Below are positions 12,042 to 13,773 of a stretch of 13,773 nt of DNA, piece by piece. Source of the DNA: a bacterium (GTDB lineage Bacteria; SZUA-182; DTGQ01; JAFGSM01); NCBI GenBank assembly GCA_049472335.1, contig JBLIRO010000109.1, positions 1-13,773 on the forward strand, given 5' to 3'. Under the pieces are notes generated by a model. The model was not told where the DNA came from. It searched no databases and worked only from the letters and a program-made list of their open reading frames with translations. A program made the position numbers and the translations under genes. Position 1 is the first letter of the stretch. Every line of letters starts with the position of its first letter.

Positions 12042-13773
12042 ATGACATCAGGGTTTAAGGGAGTTAATATCCCTGATAAATATTTATGTTTTTTTCGATT
12101 ATTCAGACAAGCAATACCATTATTAGTTCTGATATTAATTCTCCTTTTGTTGAACTTATTCTGCATCAATACTGTAAAGGCCCAAATTTGTGAAAACTTG
12201 TCCATCACCCTGGACGTAGACGGACCGGACGATGTTCCTGTACAGCAGGACGTATCTCAGATGGGATTTGACACATCTTATATAGGCGGCGGAACAGATT
12301 CACATTGGTGTGTGTTTTTAAGCTTTGATGATACATCCTATACAGGCGGCAACTCTGGTGATGGCTGCGCCTTTTTCGATGGAGATGGGGATGGCTATGC
12401 TGATTTTGCAATCTGTGTATCATTCGAGGGTTCCCCCGTTGTTTTACAATCAGCCTCACTTTATGACTGTAAGGACAATGAAAATGCAGGTGATCAGGGC
12501 TCTCGATGTCCTTTTACCGGCGGCGGCGGAGATGGATCGAATGGTGTTATTGCAAGGGATACTGATGGAGATGGAATTTTCGAATCTGATGGAGACGGTA
12601 ATCCTCTTACAACTCCACTAAAGACGAATATTGCATACTTCAATACTGATACCATTGATCCTTTTGACAATCTGGGGAGGGTTCCCGGGCAGCAGGACGT
12701 AGTTTATGACACTGGTATTCTCTTCCAGATCTATGAGGATGAACTGCATGAAATTACGGGGACAGGGCCAACTGCAGAGCTCATGCTGACTAATGTATGT
12801 AGCTTCACCTCTGAGGACCCGGGCTCAGAAAGAAAAGATTGTATAGTCAATGCTGGTTCCGGTTTTATAAAGATCATTAAATACGTAGCCGAAAGCGATC
12901 CTGATGCAACCTTTGATTATACCCTTGGCGGCATATTTTTTGCTCAAATCAGTACTTCCGGCGGGGAGGGTCAGACTGGCTCCTTGCCTGTTGCAGGCGA
13001 TTATACCTATAATCTAGCAGAAGTAGTTCCGGAAGGCTGGCAGTTAGATGCGAATAGCTGTGATAATGGTGATGATCCATCGGCTGTTTATGTAGGTTCC
13101 GGTCAATTAGTGACATGTACATTTGAAAATAGTGTATCAAATAGGCCACCAGAATGTGATGCCGGTACACCTATCAATGCAGATTGTGACGTGGTTACAT
13201 TAAGTGCCACTGCAAGCGATCCTGACGAAGATACACTAACCTACTTATGGACGACCAGCAATTGCATCGTTACTCCCACCTTTGATCCCAACCCGAATGT
13301 TTTGAATCCTACGATAACTTTCGGTACAAGCTGTAACGTTTCTTGTACATTAACCCTGAATGTTGATGATGGCAATGGTGGAACGTGCACAAGCAGCGTT
13401 AGTGTGACTGTCAATGACACAATTCCACCAACCCTTTCCGCTACACCTGGGGATGTAACAGTGGAATGCGACGCTGTACCGGATGCGGCCTCCATCACGG
13501 CAACAGACAACTGTGACGATGACGTTCCGGTTGTTTATAATGAGGTTCGCACAGACGGGGATTGCGCGGATAATTACACGCTGACCCGCACCTGGACAGC
13601 AACGGATGACTGCGGCAATGAGGCCAGCCATACTCAGACCATTACAGTTCAGGATACTCAGGCACCCACCTTTAATGAGGATCTGCCTTCTGACGCAACA
13701 GTGGAATGCGACGCTGTACCGGATGCGGCCTCCATCACGGCAACAGACAACTGTGACGATGACGTTCCGGTTG
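12042..13773 (+). CDS. Large secreted surface protein/adhesin, 3'-partial (at least 577 aa): signal peptide, Asp/Cys-rich N-domain, prealbumin/SpaA-like domain, PKD-like domain, HYR-like repeats
   Basis: Absent from the ORF track because there is no stop in the window. AAGGAGATATAT-ATG at 12042; open to the end by manual translation: MTSGFKG...LLVLILILLLLNLFCINTVKA|QICEN..., FDGDGDGYADF, RDTDGDG, GFIKIIK...EVVPEGWQL...VTCTFEN (~12861-13130), NRPP...SDPDEDTLTYLW...LNVDDGNGG (~13140-13415), DTIPPT...VECDAVP...ATDNC...LTRTWTATDDCGN...TQTITVQD (from 13416). Confidence 0.92.
   Translation, partial: MTSGFKGVNIPDKYLCFFRLFRQAIPLLVLILILLLLNLFCINTVKAQICENLSITLDVDGPDDVPVQQDVSQMGFDTSYIGGGTDSHWCVFLSFDDTSYTGGNSGDGCAFFDGDGDGYADFAICVSFEGSPVVLQSASLYDCKDNENAGDQGSRCPFTGGGGDGSNGVIARDTDGDGIFESDGDGNPLTTPLKTNIAYFNTDTIDPFDNLGRVPGQQDVVYDTGILFQIYEDELHEITGTGPTAELMLTNVCSFTSEDPGSERKDCIVNAGSGFIKIIKYVAESDPDATFDYTLGGIFFAQISTSGGEGQTGSLPVAGDYTYNLAEVVPEGWQLDANSCDNGDDPSAVYVGSGQLVTCTFENSVSNRPPECDAGTPINADCDVVTLSATASDPDEDTLTYLWTTSNCIVTPTFDPNPNVLNPTITFGTSCNVSCTLTLNVDDGNGGTCTSSVSVTVNDTIPPTLSATPGDVTVECDAVPDAASITATDNCDDDVPVVYNEVRTDGDCADNYTLTRTWTATDDCGNEASHTQTITVQDTQAPTFNEDLPSDATVECDAVPDAASITATDNCDDDVPV
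13457..13773 (+). repeat. Intragenic direct repeat, 240-bp period (HYR-like modules)
   Basis: 13457-13533 is identical to 13697-13773 (77 bp, up to the window end), encoding TVECDAVPDAASITATDNCDDDVPV. Confidence 0.97.

Noticed and set aside
12030..12044. AAGGAGATATATATG resembling the T7 gene 10/pET RBS, suggesting vector contamination
   Set aside because: Not identical to the vector sequence, no T7 promoter or other vector parts, and it leads into a natural-looking gene.
12023..13631. Track ORFs 12023-12208, 12205-12459, 12325-12621, 12949-13170, 13241-13510 and 13350-13631
   Set aside because: All overlap the continuous + strand adhesin frame starting at 12042, which has a strong RBS and a coherent domain structure.

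Overview
Bacterial chromosomal window using the standard code, with very AT-rich intergenic DNA; taxonomy cannot be fixed from the sequence alone. In order: a decayed Peptidase S74 (tail-fibre chaperone) fragment with a terminator; a three-gene operon behind a near-consensus sigma70 promoter and two NrdR-box-like sites; rlmD; polA (TTG start); a LOG/SLOG (Moco-carrier-like) gene flanked by two different REP-like palindromes; a secreted, almost uncharged Pro-rich protein on the minus strand; a PflX-like radical SAM enzyme; a probable decayed toxin-antitoxin remnant; about 1 kb of extremely AT-rich DNA; and the 5' part of a large secreted Cys/Asp-rich adhesin with HYR-like repeats, which is missing from the ORF track and runs off the window. 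The main candidate new system is the operon at 753-3374. It encodes a Soj/ParA ATPase fused to an AMPK-beta-type glycogen-binding CBM48 domain, a degenerate FlhG/MinD-like protein carrying the ParB-type LGRGL ParA-activating peptide, and a degenerate NucS-like PD-(D/E)XK protein. I infer a ParA-type positioning or segregation system for glycogen (alpha-glucan) granules, possibly under NrdR control. All family calls come from motif recognition by eye; no searches were run.
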